The notes under the pieces are model-generated. The model was not told the DNA's origin. It ran no database searches and saw only the letters and a list, made by a program, of their open reading frames with translations. From the NCBI RefSeq assembly GCF_964355755.1, contig NC_092670.1:17408795-17472794 (forward strand): a stretch of 64,000 bases of DNA. Direction: 5' to 3'. Shown here piece by piece: positions 13,419-26,900 of this stretch (positions are counted from its first letter, which is position 1; each line of letters begins with the position of its first letter). The translations under genes were made by a program, and so were the position numbers. This stretch comes from Antedon mediterranea (Eukaryota > Animalia > Echinodermata).

Positions 13419-14315
13419 TGTAATATAACGATATACTTTTATATTTAAGAAATTGACCTTTGTATCAGATAATCCTTTACCAAAGCGAACAAAACGTAAT
13501 TCTCCATATTACCAAAACGATGCCATTTACTTTAGATTCCTTGAAAAGAGTTTTATTATTCCTTTGCGACATCCGTCCAGCAGACCAACTGACAAACCTC
13601 AAATTAAATACCCTTTTACACATTGGCAGTTATTTATGTTGTTTCGACAAAATGTCCTCCCCCATTATAGACTACATTTGGAAGCATAAGAGTGAACCAG
13701 CCCTACTTGACTTTTCCACAATCGACCTTTCCATTAATCTAGACGGCATCGCCACTTGTATACCAAACACACATGAATTTCACAGACAACATATTTATTC
13801 TATGACCCTCCTGCTCTTAGCAACATTTTTTTCAATTTTTTTTCTATTTCAAATAATTAACGAGAGTCGACTTCTTGACCGATGTTTTTTTAGGGAAACC
13901 CAACCGTTGTGATGTTTATATTTCGGTAATCCGAGTGTAGCATGCCTCCAAAGCAACGGACCCACAATTAAGTCGATCTTGAAGAACACTTTTGTTTTTT
14001 TATACATTTTTTTATTTCAAATTTTATATAAATTCCGGAATTTTTATACCAAATTCATTTTTAATTTCATTTTTTTAAAGAGAGAGAAGAGAGAGAGTGA
14101 AAGTGATAAGGTTACACGTCAGAGTCAATGGTTTTGGCTAACTCAATTTTTGCTTATATGTATAATAATGTTTTTTTCTTTTATATAACTTTAATTTTGC
14201 ATGCCACTATTATAACCATTTTATATGTTAAATAGATTAGAAAAAAAAAAGGGAAACAGAGGGATGTAATATAACGATATACTTTTATATTTAAGAAATT
14301 GACCTTTGTATCAGA
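13419..14315. repeat. Perfect 51-bp direct repeat (13419-13469 and 14265-14315) flanking a ~795-bp segment
   Basis: TGTAATATAACGATATACTTTTATATTTAAGAAATTGACCTTTGTATCAGA occurs twice. Confidence 0.9.
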
Positions 14316-14647
14316 ATTTAAATAGGTTCCCAACTTGACCCAGAAAGTCCAGAGGAGAGTTTGTCCAGATGTTTTAATGACCATTTAGTTTATAATAGAA
14401 TCCCTAAAGAAAACACTTAGCTTAATTTTGTGACTTTCCCATCGTTAAACCAGGAGTGATTGACACTATTTAAGTACAGATTTGACAGTGTCATCCATCA
14501 CAGAAATACCTTATTATACCGTTAATCACTCCCACTTAAACACCCCTGGATCAACTTAGGACCAATCGTTACCCTCACAGATTACGTAGTGACATATGTA
14601 AACGAACCGAGGGCCAATATACTCCCAAGTTTCAGAAGGGCCCAGAC

Positions 14648-14756
14648 ACACCTCACAGCCACTTCTTCAGAAGAACATCTACACCTCACAGCCACTTCTT
14701 CAGAAGAACATCTACACCTTACAGCCACTTCTTCAGAAGCAGACCTACACACTTCA
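14648..14756. repeat. 33-bp tandem repeat x ~3.3, possibly inside a solo-LTR-like segment (~14440-14907)
   Basis: ACACCTCACAGCCACTTCTTCAGAAGAACATCT units at 14648, 14681 and 14714; downstream AATAAA and an ...AACA end; no clear TG start or TSD. Confidence 0.75.
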
Positions 14757-16757
14757 CACCTCACCGACAGCATCAATCATTGACCCTCCGTTCCTTATCT
14801 ATACTTATAGTTGTATATTGTACTGAAGCATTATACTGAATAAACAATATATGTGTTACGACAGTCAAGCGAGTAAGAGTCTTCATTAGTACCTCAACAA
14901 CGCAACATTATATTACATTATTCTGCAATCTTTAGGCCCCTGGAAATGCCACAAAGTAAATAATAAATGTTATCAAAACAAAATATATTAAATAAATAAA
15001 AACATTTTAATTTTTTAAAATAATATATGGATTTAAAAATTTGCATTCAAATTCCTTTTATGTTAAGTAAAGAACATGCTTAATTATAATAAGACCTTCT
15101 TGGCGTGTACATCTCCAAGATTAATTTTGGATTAAATTACAAACAATTTATATACAGTATATAATATCATGTAACAAACAACCCAAGCACTATTGTAGTG
15201 ATTTGTGTCTTATACTGTAGTACTGCATTACAAACCAATCACTTAATGTCCCATCTGAAGGACAAGATAACTAACGACAAACAGGTCTTTTATATGAGTT
15301 TGATTCCTTTGTGTTAACCTTTTCACACATTCTGATTATTGCATTTTCACAGGCAATATGATATCAAACTGTAAAACTAAAATATCATATTTTCCCAATG
15401 TTTCTTTTGGTTTAATTGTGTTTAGATAGCATTAAGGCCTATAGTATTATATTATAACTGTATGTAAAATGAATAAAATTAAGATTTGAATAAATAACCT
15501 TCTAGTGCTCTACCAACTCACCCATAATTGATTATATTCACTTTTTAATCTTGATATATTATATTTAACATACATAATAAATAAAAGGTCCCTATTGAGA
15601 TTTGAACCAAAACATTTAAAATATAACATGGGTGCTCAGCCAACTTAACCATAATTTTTACAGAAGAAAATACAAAATCTCACCTCTCCTTTATCCACAA
15701 TGTGGGTCCTCTCATCAGCTGCCCTATATTCCATCTTCAATATCACTATCTAAAAGAAGTATGAAAGCCCAGAATTATAAAATCACCAATAATTTGACCA
15801 ATCACAATCAGTCGCTTTCTTTTGTACGTCAAATTCCAGTGCGAAAATTCTTCCAAACGCGCCTGGCATGGGTTCAACAAATTAACCATGAAAAACAAGA
15901 TAATGTAGCCTATTTACCTCTTATATTGACAGCAAAGTCATAAATACGACATATGTGACTGTTATTGTGTGACCTAAAAATATTTATGTAAACATCCCCA
16001 GTAAATTCAATATATTCAATAGCCTATTGATAGATAAGCCACCGACTAGTAGTAGTAGACTCATCAAGCTTTTGTCTGACCGCTATCGTTAAAAACATCA
16101 TTCATAAAAAAAGATACTAGTCGATATCAAGCATGGGTGATGTTAATTATACACAAATAGTAAACACGTTTCATGAGTAAAGGGAGACCAATACTTACCG
16201 GATTTAAAGAGTTTTAATCGAATTAAACCCTCTCTTAACTGTGAAAATATTAATATTCCTCTTCAGATCAAAAAGCATCAGAGAGCAAACGTCTTGGCAG
16301 TCAGAATCAACCACCTTCGAGACACAGAGCAAACAGATCGATAATCAACCCACGGTCGGTAGAGAACATTTGAAGAGACTGTTCCATTATGCAGCAGGGA
16401 AGAAATAATTATTTGAGTCACTGAATACATTATCTCAGCATGCTTCAATTACAGGAACATCTTTTAAAGTAGAATTTCTTGTCACGTGTCAAAATTAATA
16501 ATTTCCAACAAACTTGATTTGGTTCCGCGTTTTTTTTATTCACTATCACATATCCGACAATTATAATCACTCGCCTAAAGTTTATTATTCCCGGTACTTA
16601 AAAGGATTTTTAAATTTTTTAAACGGATTGGTCAAATTATTTGCGTTGCGCGTCAGGTAGTGCGAATCTAGGATTTTTCTGAGACAACAATCTCCAGTCG
16701 TTGATGTGTAGCCTAACCATCGGCGTTTTAGTTTTTAATTATACCTCTCCCTCAATA

Positions 16758-16998
16758 GAGACGCAACGCAAGTACGTAGACGCAATGTAAACAGGTTGAA
16801 CATTGAAAACATACAGTTCGAATAATCCATCGAACGTGACAAATTGCGCTTACGACGTCCTTGCGGTTCGTCCTATCCAGTGCGAACCATGGTTATTTAT
16901 AGCTTTGTTCCCAAAACGACGCACGAACGTAGAAGCAATAGACTGTTGCTTTAAATTCATTGGTCAACTCGCTTGCGTCCTAGTGTGAACCAAGCTTT
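16758..16998. mobile_element. Partial copy of the palindromic GCTTGGTTCCCAC MITE family
   Basis: GAGACGCAACGCAAG...TTGCGTCCTAGTGTGAACCAAGCT, homologous to 18233-18393. Confidence 0.65.
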
Positions 16999-18232
16999 AT
17001 TAACAAATTCGTTTAACAAACGTTTAATTGCGTATCAATTAAATGTGTATTCACACCGGGTTTACCCATTGCTCAGTTTAACACACAATTCGCATCATAA
17101 TTCCGTCGGTTTAAGAGCGTTTCGTCGAATTAATACCTGCTCATGGATCAATACATACATTAATAACACACTTTTATAGACTCTTTTACACGTTTGTTAA
17201 AACGTTTGGAATCGGTGTGCGATTCACATGCTCTTAGCGTTTTATGTTCACAAAAACGCATTGCTTTAAGGGCATTTTGAACGCTTAACAGTGTTATAGT
17301 GCGGTCCACACTTTGTGCAAACCAATCCGAAGCCTCACAACACTACTGATAATCAGTCCATCTTTACACTGAATATAGTTTGTTAACAAAATTGGTTTGA
17401 TTTGGTCCGTCATTTTGTTTTTGTTATTTATTGCACCATACATGACGTAGTATAGACCATAACTGATTTCTCCATGTATAGACAAAAGTCAACTCAGGCA
17501 AGTTGACCAACTCTTAAACGGACCATCGATATTATTATTGAGGACTAACACTCATCCAAAACAAGTGACCACAGGCACTCGCGTACACAGCTAAAAGACG
17601 GGATTAAATACTTAGATCTAGTTCATGAGGGAGGGTGGGGAAAATACACGGCAGTGGAGAAATGATAAAAAAACAAAAAACTTATTATCATAAAAAAGGA
17701 AATAATGAAATGATAAGCTTTTCGTTTAGCACTATCAATCAAAAATTAATCAAATTAACATTTATTTCATAGTAGTAATTTGATTAAACTAAAAGGGGAA
17801 GATTCTAAAAAAAGGAAAGCTTGTGTGAAGAAGCAGTCATAAAACTACCCTGAGCACAATGTAGCCTACAATATGTCAACGCGCGGGCTGTTTTATGATG
17901 TGTACACACAACTTTTGTAGCACTCCCACGCAATTATTTTTTCTATTCAGACGAACATTTCACTCTTTAAGTGAGCAATCAATCCATCTTCAAATAATAT
18001 TAATATTGTGTAGATGTCACTCGATAGCTGACACGTTCACTCTCATACAGTAAACCTCATTCATACATTAGAACCAGTATGTGAACACTAGAGGACTCTC
18101 CCCGTTATAAATATTTTTTTGAATTACCGTCAGCTAGCGCTTCCCGCCCTGATGATCCGTGAAGTCCCATATAATATTAGTAGATTAATTTCAGCACTTA
18201 TTTACATTTTAAACAGAAACTCTCCTTTCTAA

Positions 18233-18393
18233 TGCTTGGTTCCCACTTGAGACGCAAGACAAGGACGTAACGCAACGTAAGTGAGTTGACCAATCACAAG
18301 CGATTGGATTATTCGAACGGTCGCTTGTCATTGGTCAACACGTTTGCGTTGCGTTTACGTCCTTGCATTACGTCCTCTAGTGAGAACCAAGCT
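18233..18393. mobile_element. Palindromic ~160-bp MITE (Harbinger-like, TAA/TTA flanks); further relics at ~16625, ~19542 and ~32790-32940
   Basis: The whole element is an imperfect inverted repeat, GCTTGGTTCCCACT...AGTGAGAACCAAGC, centred on ATTATTCGAAC. Confidence 0.8.
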
Positions 18394-18860
18394 TTAAACA
18401 TGTATCCTTCGTCGGTATTATCAACATGACCGTAGATATAGATCGATGAGATACGAGATGAACTTAATTCATGTTTGGTAAAAAATGATGATGGTAACGA
18501 TGAATGATTAGGATTACTGATATGATGAGGTGATGATGTAATATGATACCTGGGGGACGGCAGTAATAATACTGTAAATGATCCAATTCACACGTTATAA
18601 TTCGATATAAAGATAGAGGACGCTGTAGCTGTTTGTCGTTGTCTCGCATCAAATCGTTTGTGTTCTTTCATTTTCCTTTCTTGTTCACAGTATAAATTTT
18701 AAAATGAAATGGAAAAATAAATACAACAATAAAAAGAAGATCTAAATCAAACGATCCGTTTTGACTTTTTTGTTTTATTTAATAAATTGGTTTAAATGTT
18801 ATTTAATAATGTGATATATTAATTATGCCAAATAAGGTAAAGTTCAATTAAGTCGCGTAC

Positions 18861-21800
18861 TTAAACTAAATTAGATTTAGCTGCTTGATAATCAGTTATA
18901 TGATCGTAATTCCACTCGTCATACCATCGACAACTTCCGTTTTCGTACTCGTCACACGAAACCCGAGGCTGTCCGACTGTTCTCTCGGGAAGACTCGGCT
19001 CTGACGGTCGTTTACCGAGATGAAAAAAACTCTCATAATAATACCTGTGCAATAGAATACCAATGCTTAAAACATAAATTACTGGAAAATTAATCAAACA
19101 AATTAAATGTCTCTAAAATTTTCGAGATCGCTTACCATCTCTGTAATATGTATTTATGACCTTCTTTGACCTGAGCAGCTTCGTGAACGGACAACGGTTG
19201 ACATTCGCCGGACGGGCTCATGTTATTCCACACCAGGGCGCGCCCCTTCACTGGTCGTACGCTGATATTCAATTCTAAATTCAAAAGCATATCTTTAGGC
19301 CTATATCCATATTTAAACATTTATAAAGTATGTATAATGTTCGGAGCTGGCTTGAAACAATACTTATTGCAGACCTGGGAATGTCACTTCATGTACGTAC
19401 TAACCTGGAAATTTAGTTTCACCACCTTCTTCGACATCCTGAAGATACACTAATATAGTAGCAACTCTGTCTCGTTTATCTTGTGAGCCAATTGTACAAT
19501 CTGTATGTGTCTTGTATCCTAATAACAAATACATAATATTAAAGCCTGGTTCCCACAAAGACGCAACGTAAGCGTAACGCATTGTTGCCTAATCGCGTCG
19601 TGATATGCATAAATTACTTACGTTTCCGAGTGAAATTCCACGGAACTAAATTCCTACCTAATATATCGTTAGAGTTACCGCGTATCGCGCAAAATAACAC
19701 GCGTGAATTCATTACTACATTGTGTATTATGCGTTTACTCACCAATTCCTTCTTTGTAGGACGTTATCTGCAGTTTTCCTCCATTCTCTGGTCGAAGGCC
19801 CGTTGCCTCCAAGACGCGTTGTTCGAATACCGTTGAAAACTTGCTTTCTCCCGGGTAAAATGCCGTGCTATACGACCAATTTAAAATCTTCTTCAGCTTC
19901 TTAGAAAAGGTAGCATTCATGCAAGTTGTTCCTATTGTGACGAATATCAATAATATAGGCTCTATTTTAGAGTGTCGACGAATTTGAAACAACAGGCTAC
20001 TAACTATAGCATAACCCTTTTCTTTCATACTACCACTGCCAGCCTTCTCACCATGACGTCTCGTAATTCTCTTCTTTATAATTTCATCATCATTTTATCT
20101 CTTACTGTGACCAGTATGATGAGTAGCCTATCATCAATGTTAAAATTATCCCACTATCGCTACCATCCCTAACAGTCACCATTTAAACCAGCAGCATGTT
20201 ATAATTCACTGGTATAAATTTGCACCACATTTCTACAGGAACTGAGTAGTTGACCCCCAAAACGTTACCATTTCCACCACCCAACATTGTCATTACCACC
20301 ACAACGACCATCACCATTACGTCACCAATCTATTTACCACACCACGTAACCTACGTCATGCACCTGACCTACCTTCTGTAAAATCTGCTGTTGACACCTT
20401 AAACTTGCTGTTGGCGGCTTTTAGGTGTTTTTTCAAAGTACTAATACCATCAAAGCAAATCAACGGATCGTTTTTATTCGTCTCACTCACGTGACGATTA
20501 TGCGCTCCCATAAGTCCTTCACATTCGTGCGGTGACAGGAAATTCTCATAAATATATGCTCTGAAATTGGTCAAACATGTGAAAATAATATAGCACACGA
20601 AACTCAATGCGCGGAGCTAGCTAGGCACGACGCCACGCAGGACGTGTTCTTGGCCAGGAAACCTCGTGGTACCGTCATTACAACCAAGGCAATCTAACAA
20701 CGGGCATGCTGAGCTCTATCCGGGGATCAAATGGTTTATCTGGCTGCGACTCGATCGGTTCCGCGTCCTTTTTAACAGACATCACGCCGCGAAGATGTTA
20801 TAGTAGTACAGTACTGTTAGTATTTGTCGCAGCCAGACATAAGATCAAAGGACTGTTACGCGTTCCTGTCTTGGCAAGGCGAGCTCAGTGTCCTTTTGTT
20901 AAATTGCCGCCTTGTTTAAAACCGACCTTCGTCCGTTTACAATGTCTATTGTGTCTTATAAGAAAGGAAATTGTCGATTTCATTTGAACAAAAAAACATT
21001 TCAACAAACCTTACTGGTCCCGTGCCATTGGTGAGTTCTTTTGGCGAGACAACACTCCCTCCAACTCTAATGTCATATCCAATGTCCAATCCCTGTAAGT
21101 ATGTTGCCGAATGTGAAGCATCAGTTGACGTAACACCATTTTTATCTTTAGGTTTCGAATCCTTTACTGCCCTTCTTTTAGTCTTACTCTTCGTTTCCCT
21201 TTTCTTTCCTGTTGTTTTTTCCTCATCTTCTTGTAGTTTACCATCTTTAAATGTAAATGTTTTAAATACTTTTTTTTCTTTTTTGTTATCGGAAGATGTG
21301 TCTTCATCATTAAAATCGTGTTTATTGTTTTTGTTTTTATTATCATTTTTTCCTGTTTTACTGTTTTCTATTTCATTGTTTAGTTCTGACTCGGGTTTAA
21401 TAACTGGATCGTTCACATCCTCCAGCAACGCATCTTCTTCTAATTGTATCTCTTCATCATGCTCATCTTCATCACTTGGTGATTGTTGACGACCTTCTTC
21501 ATGTATTTCCGAAAATCTTTCTGTCGGTGGTTCTACCAAAACGTTATCGGACAGGCTTTCTGTCGGTAGTTCTACCACAACGTTATCGGATGGGAACGAA
21601 GATTCGCTAGTGCCTGATGGTGGTACATTACCACTTTCTAATGTATCATCAGGAGCTATACATCCAACGCCAAAGCTTTCCACAACATTATGGTCAACAA
21701 CTGTATACTTATGAGCGAACCAACCTAAACAGAACCCTAATGTCAATCCCAAGGCAAGAATACACACTGTTCGACTTGGATTACTCGTCGTAGGCGTATG

Positions 21801-21950
21801 TTTAAATTTGGCTTCTCTTGATAAGGCTGGAATATCACCATCATCTGCTGTACATCCATTCTGTGGGTTCTCCTGTTGAGATTTCGATGAATCTTTGGAT
21901 GTCGATACTGACTTTTTGTTTGATCCTGTAGGCCTACGTCTCGGAGGCAT
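18861..21950 (-). CDS. Type II membrane-anchored prolyl 4-hydroxylase-like 2OG-Fe(II) dioxygenase, ~584 aa. Exons 21950-21010, 20560-20373, 19931-19743, 19518-19405, 19274-19136, 19044-18861
   Basis: GT-AG exons total 1,755 nt in frame. N-terminal TM helix (VCILALGLTLGFCLGWF), acidic/lysine-rich linker, then YIYENFLSPHEC, the HxD motif (KTHTD), RVATILVYLQDVEEGGETKFP, the distal His (SVHEA) and the 2OG-binding Lys (GHKY). Confidence 0.85.
20685..20914. mobile_element. ~230-bp MITE, copy 2, in P4H intron 1
   Basis: Homologous along its length to 12231-12460, with the same TIRs. Confidence 0.8.
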
Positions 21951-21999
21951 TGTCAGGTCTTTGCAAATACTGTACTGTCAACAAATGCAAATAGGCATA

Positions 22000-23560
22000 C
22001 GTCCTACTATGCAGGATGCTATCGGATATATAATGTATTATTTCCAAAGTCCAACTCTTGTATATCTAAGATAAGGAATGCATGGTGGTTATAGTCCGAC
22101 TACACTACATACATAAGTTTTCTAAATTCCGGGCCTCGTCAAGTAACATGCTGCCACACGCTAACAGTGTCATCAGGTCCGTCGTCTGCGCGTGTACAGG
22201 GGGTGCAACACAATAATCAAGTCACCCCAATAATGAGGTGACGAAATTTTCCTACGTTACGAATCGTTTAACATTATAGGCCTCTATATTTAAAAGTTGG
22301 CCCATCACGCGTCGATAATCGATCTGGGCCATGTTTTCCAGTGACCACGTGTGCGTAGTTTGATGATCAGTTCAGGCTGTATCCTCCCTCCCTCCGACCT
22401 CCGTCCGTCTGTAAACCTATTATATTTGAACACTTTATTAAATACTTTCGTTGAGTTTTCGCGACCGCTAAGATACAACAAAAAGTTTGACGATTAATTG
22501 TCTAAAATGTACGAAATAGGCCGCACCCGCGCACGTGGATTCGTTTTACTACGTTCGCGGTCGCGTACGTATATAGGCCTACAGTAATTTTCTATGATTT
22601 AACCCTTTGGATTTTATTTATATGGACTTGTATTTATTATAGTGAGTGGGCTACTTTAGTAAATTTACTAAGCTTCTGTGCCAATTGCTTAACCCGGAGC
22701 TTGGGTTGGGCCCGGGCCCTGCACCCCATGTCTTTAGTGTGCCAACTTACTTGACATCCTACTACTTGACAGTGGTGGCTGAGTGGAAGGCATCCTACCT
22801 ATAGACACGTGACATGTGTGGCCACATCATTCATACATCACTCAAAACTCCGGCTGTGTCCATGGGCCACTGGGCTGTTCACATTTTTTTGGACTTTAGG
22901 TTTAAATATGTATTCTTCCTCATGTAGGCATTATGATAGAAATCAGTTCAGGCCTACCCGGAAATAATTTAATTTCAATATAACAAACTGTTGAAACTAA
23001 GTCTGCGCACAAAGAGGCTCCACGTGCATGTGATTCGCTTAACGACAGGCTCCTCCTAAAATGGTATGGACTGGATTTACAGTTTAGATGTCGCCTCGCA
23101 GGAGTATATTGTGCACCAGGTACTAATAAAATCAAAGAAAAGAACTATGAAAGAGGTTTCTTTTGTAAGTTCATAATCTGCATCTCAGACAGCGTGACAC
23201 ACAGTCGTTCAGTAGTCGACTATATATACAGTACTAGTAGCTATATTTAACTTTTGGTCATGTGACCTGATTTGCAAAGAATTGTGGTCCAATGGCGGTA
23301 ACGCAATTGGTGAGGAACTGACTGTTATTTTTAAAATTCACAATTACGAGTTATCACATTTTTGTAAGAATCTATTTTAGGTTTGTAAGCCCACTTTTGC
23401 TAGAACTTTTGTTATTGTGCTTATTTTAAATTAACGTCGATGACATAAAATCGGCCTTGCTCGCTGTCTAATAATTAGGTTGATCATTGTCGATTGTTTT
23501 GAATTTGTGTTGCGTGTGTGATGAATGACCAGGTGGTACCCGACCGAGTAGAGCGAGGTT
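22000..23560. promoter_or_regulatory. CpG-enriched divergent promoter region shared by the P4H-like gene (-) and DBF4 (+)
   Basis: Start codons at 21950 and 23911 face away from each other; elevated CpG; CCAAT 23289 and ATTGG 23306; YY1-like ATGGCGG 23292; CHR-like TTTGAA 23498. Confidence 0.5.
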
Positions 23561-23910
23561 CACGGACTAGGCCTCTAGCTAGCTAGAGGGCCTAGAAACT
23601 GTTGGTATAGGCCTAGGCTACTACTCTACATACAAGGTCACTAGCCTAGTGTGCCTGCACTTAGTATAGGCCTAGTTATAGTTGTAGGTCGTAGCCCTTC
23701 TATTTTTGCTAGTGCAGCCTGTTCTGTTCCTCTCTCCTGACCAGGATTTATTGATTAATATTAATAAACTTTTTAAATTAATAACAATATTATTATTAAC
23801 TGACAATTTTTTTTTAGCTGTAGTGTAGCTTCTATCTATGGAGGAAGGTTTGTCTTGTACTGTTTTAGGCCTGCATTACAGGACAACATCCATCTAACAG
23901 ATTGTTCAAA

Positions 23911-26900
23911 ATGTCAACAAATAGGCCTAATAAGAAAGGCCCTCAAAAAGATGGAAATACTGAAGGTAACCTATCAAATATACCCAAACTGTTAAAGTAC
24001 TAAAAGTTTTGAATAGTAATAATAGTATGGGTTGTTTATTGAATATAATGTTCAAAATACTTGTTAAATACTCTATACTTTATACTATATTTTTTCAAAT
24101 ACATTTTTTTACTCCTGCAGGAACAAATTATGTACTAAGACGGAAGCTTAATTTTGACTGTAAACCTCTGAATGGCAAGATATTCTATTTTGATCTCATT
24201 AAATACAAACATTCTGCCAAGCTACAGAAGGATATTATAACATTAGGAGGTGTAAGTATCAACTTTGCCATTAAAAAAACTCATTTTCAATAAATGTTTA
24301 GTTTCATAGTTCATATATTTACATACACCATCGGGAGAGAATTCAAAGGGTGGGGAAGGGAATCTATAAATTTCAAAAATTGTAATGCAAATTAAGTTCT
24401 GTTCAGCACCTCATTTCACAATGTTTATGCCCTAGCCGAGTATAAGTACACCCTCTGTTTTAAATGCCTTCATTATCATCATTATATCACCAAATGTAAA
24501 TCATATTTGCCAACATTGTCTTCATTCTTTTCAATCTTGTCATTGTAAACAAATGTCATCGTTTCCTATGAGGGTGTACCTCTGGTTTCATGTGATAATA
24601 ACATATAAATGTCTTAATAAGCTAATATCAAATTGTTGTAATCATCATATCTGTCAATCACTATCTTAATCATCACCATGATTCTCTACATCCTCAATCA
24701 TTGCAACATCCTCAATCATTGCATCATCATTATCTGACATTATACCTAACAAAATAATTTTTTGTTTCTACATTCAGAAAGTGGAGGAATTTTTGAGTAA
24801 TGGAATTCATTATGTAATCACAAATAGACCAGAGGGTCGTGAACTGGAGAAGAGAGGATCTGTGGCTGGCACATCAGCAGAAAGCCCCAGTGTATCAACG
24901 CCTAGTCCATTCCAACAAGGCAAAGGGTGTGTATTTCAAATGCTTCTCACAACAAAAATACTGCAGTTATATTTCAATATAGTTGTCTCTGTATTTAATG
25001 ATGCAGCCAAATATATTTTGGCCTTTATAAATATTTATGTTCATTGCAGTTTCCCTTTCTAAATATTACTTGTATCCTATGAATTGGGAAGACTGACTCA
25101 TTCTCTTTCATTACCGTATAATAATAGGAGTTATATAGTACACATCCTTTAAATGTTTTCAAGGGCTAGATGATTTTAAACTATTATGTGGTTAGTTTAT
25201 CTGTTTACTCCTACTTATTCTATGTAATGAGATTGTGACATATTTACTCACATTATTTTTTCTTGTTGTTTAGATCTTCAAAAGATGCTACTGATTCTCC
25301 AAGTGCTTTAGCTGCAGAGAAAAATAGTGTATGTACATTGGCATTTAGTTTGTATTCTTGACTTTATGTTCACATATCCTTTGTTTATATTCTGTCTAAT
25401 TAATACCGTCAACTCTCTAAAAACCGGACACTCTTGGACTGGTTGTCTCAAAAAGACATCATCAAGTAAGATATTGCTTGTGTTTTGGAAACAGAGCTTA
25501 CAAAAGGTAAACTGAAATAACCAGAATTTAGATTAAACCACTTAAATTATTTAATTTGAATTCCTAATGAATATATTTCATTTTTTCCAGTCTTCCAGGG
25601 GAAAAGCCATTGCCAGCAGAGCTTTGCCATCGCAGGTAAATAATTATTTAGTTTATATGGTTATTTTATCAATTTAATTATGACTGGATTTTTTTTTCTG
25701 TTCATTTGAAGGAGACTTTCTCAAATAAGTTTATACTTTGAATCAATGAAACCTTTTTTAATTTGTTATATTTATAGATAAATAACATACAGATGTTGCG
25801 TTTTATTACTAACATCTTTTTATTTTGCAGCATCTTGGAGTTGTTAGCATATTAACTCAAGCCATCCAGTGGGGAGTACAAGTAAAACATCTAGACAGTG
25901 TTTTAAAGTACATCAAAAGAGAGCTTGGAACCAGTCCTGCTACTGAGCATGTAAGGTTTATAATATACAGTACAGTCCCTCCTTTCCCAAGAAACAAACA
26001 ATGCAAACTCAAATCAAATCACTTTATTTCGTCCTGAATTGAAAAATATTTTTAGTGTATTTTATAGTAGTATAGTACATCAACATTATTTAAAACAATC
26101 TTGGTGCAAACAGAGCATCAGCCACACTACTGTATTTATTTTTATGAATTGGTTTTTTTGTCAATAGTCCTATATTCAATGGTTTCCAAAGAGTTATAAT
26201 TCCCTAATTTCCTAATATTTTCCTTTTTTTTGTTACAGAAAAGCAAGACAAGTACTGAAAGATTGTCATCTACATCTAAGAGTATGTTTCTGAAATATTA
26301 TTTATCGTTTGTCGATTGCTAGAAATAATTTGTTAAAATAATTGGAGAACTGACTTAATAAATTCTGAAATAGACAACCAGTCAAGTTAAACTGTGATTG
26401 AAAGTTGCAATAGCATCCGAGCATAGACTTTAGTCAGGACTTAACCTTGTGTCCAGTACATCACCCCAGTAACTTAAGTAAGCAAGTATACAGGGATGTA
26501 GACAGAGAGGTCTGGGGGTGGGTGTCAAAATATTATATTTATATTATTTTATATATAATATTATTTGGGTTGGTAGGGAAAATACATACTATGTTGTAAT
26601 TAGGCTGGGTGTACAAACAAAATAAGCTAAGCTTGGCAGAAGGCTTGAAAAAATAGCTTTAGACTCAAGTATTTTGCCAAATTAGTTTTTATTAATGCTA
26701 TATAAAATGTTCTTGTTTCCGTAGGTACGTCTGGTGTGTTTATTAAAGTAGAAGATAGAAACAGGTAAAACCAATAGTTTTATATTAGGATTAAAATTTA
26801 AATATTCATTGAATTCAATGCATACAATGACATAAAAAATACAGAACATGAAGTAGTTGTTCCCCTGAAAAAATAATCAAAAACATTTTTTTTAATAGGC

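Noticed and set aside
14440-14907. Solo LTR
   Set aside because: It has AATAAA and a CA end, but no clear TG start or matching TSD; only the internal tandem repeat is reported
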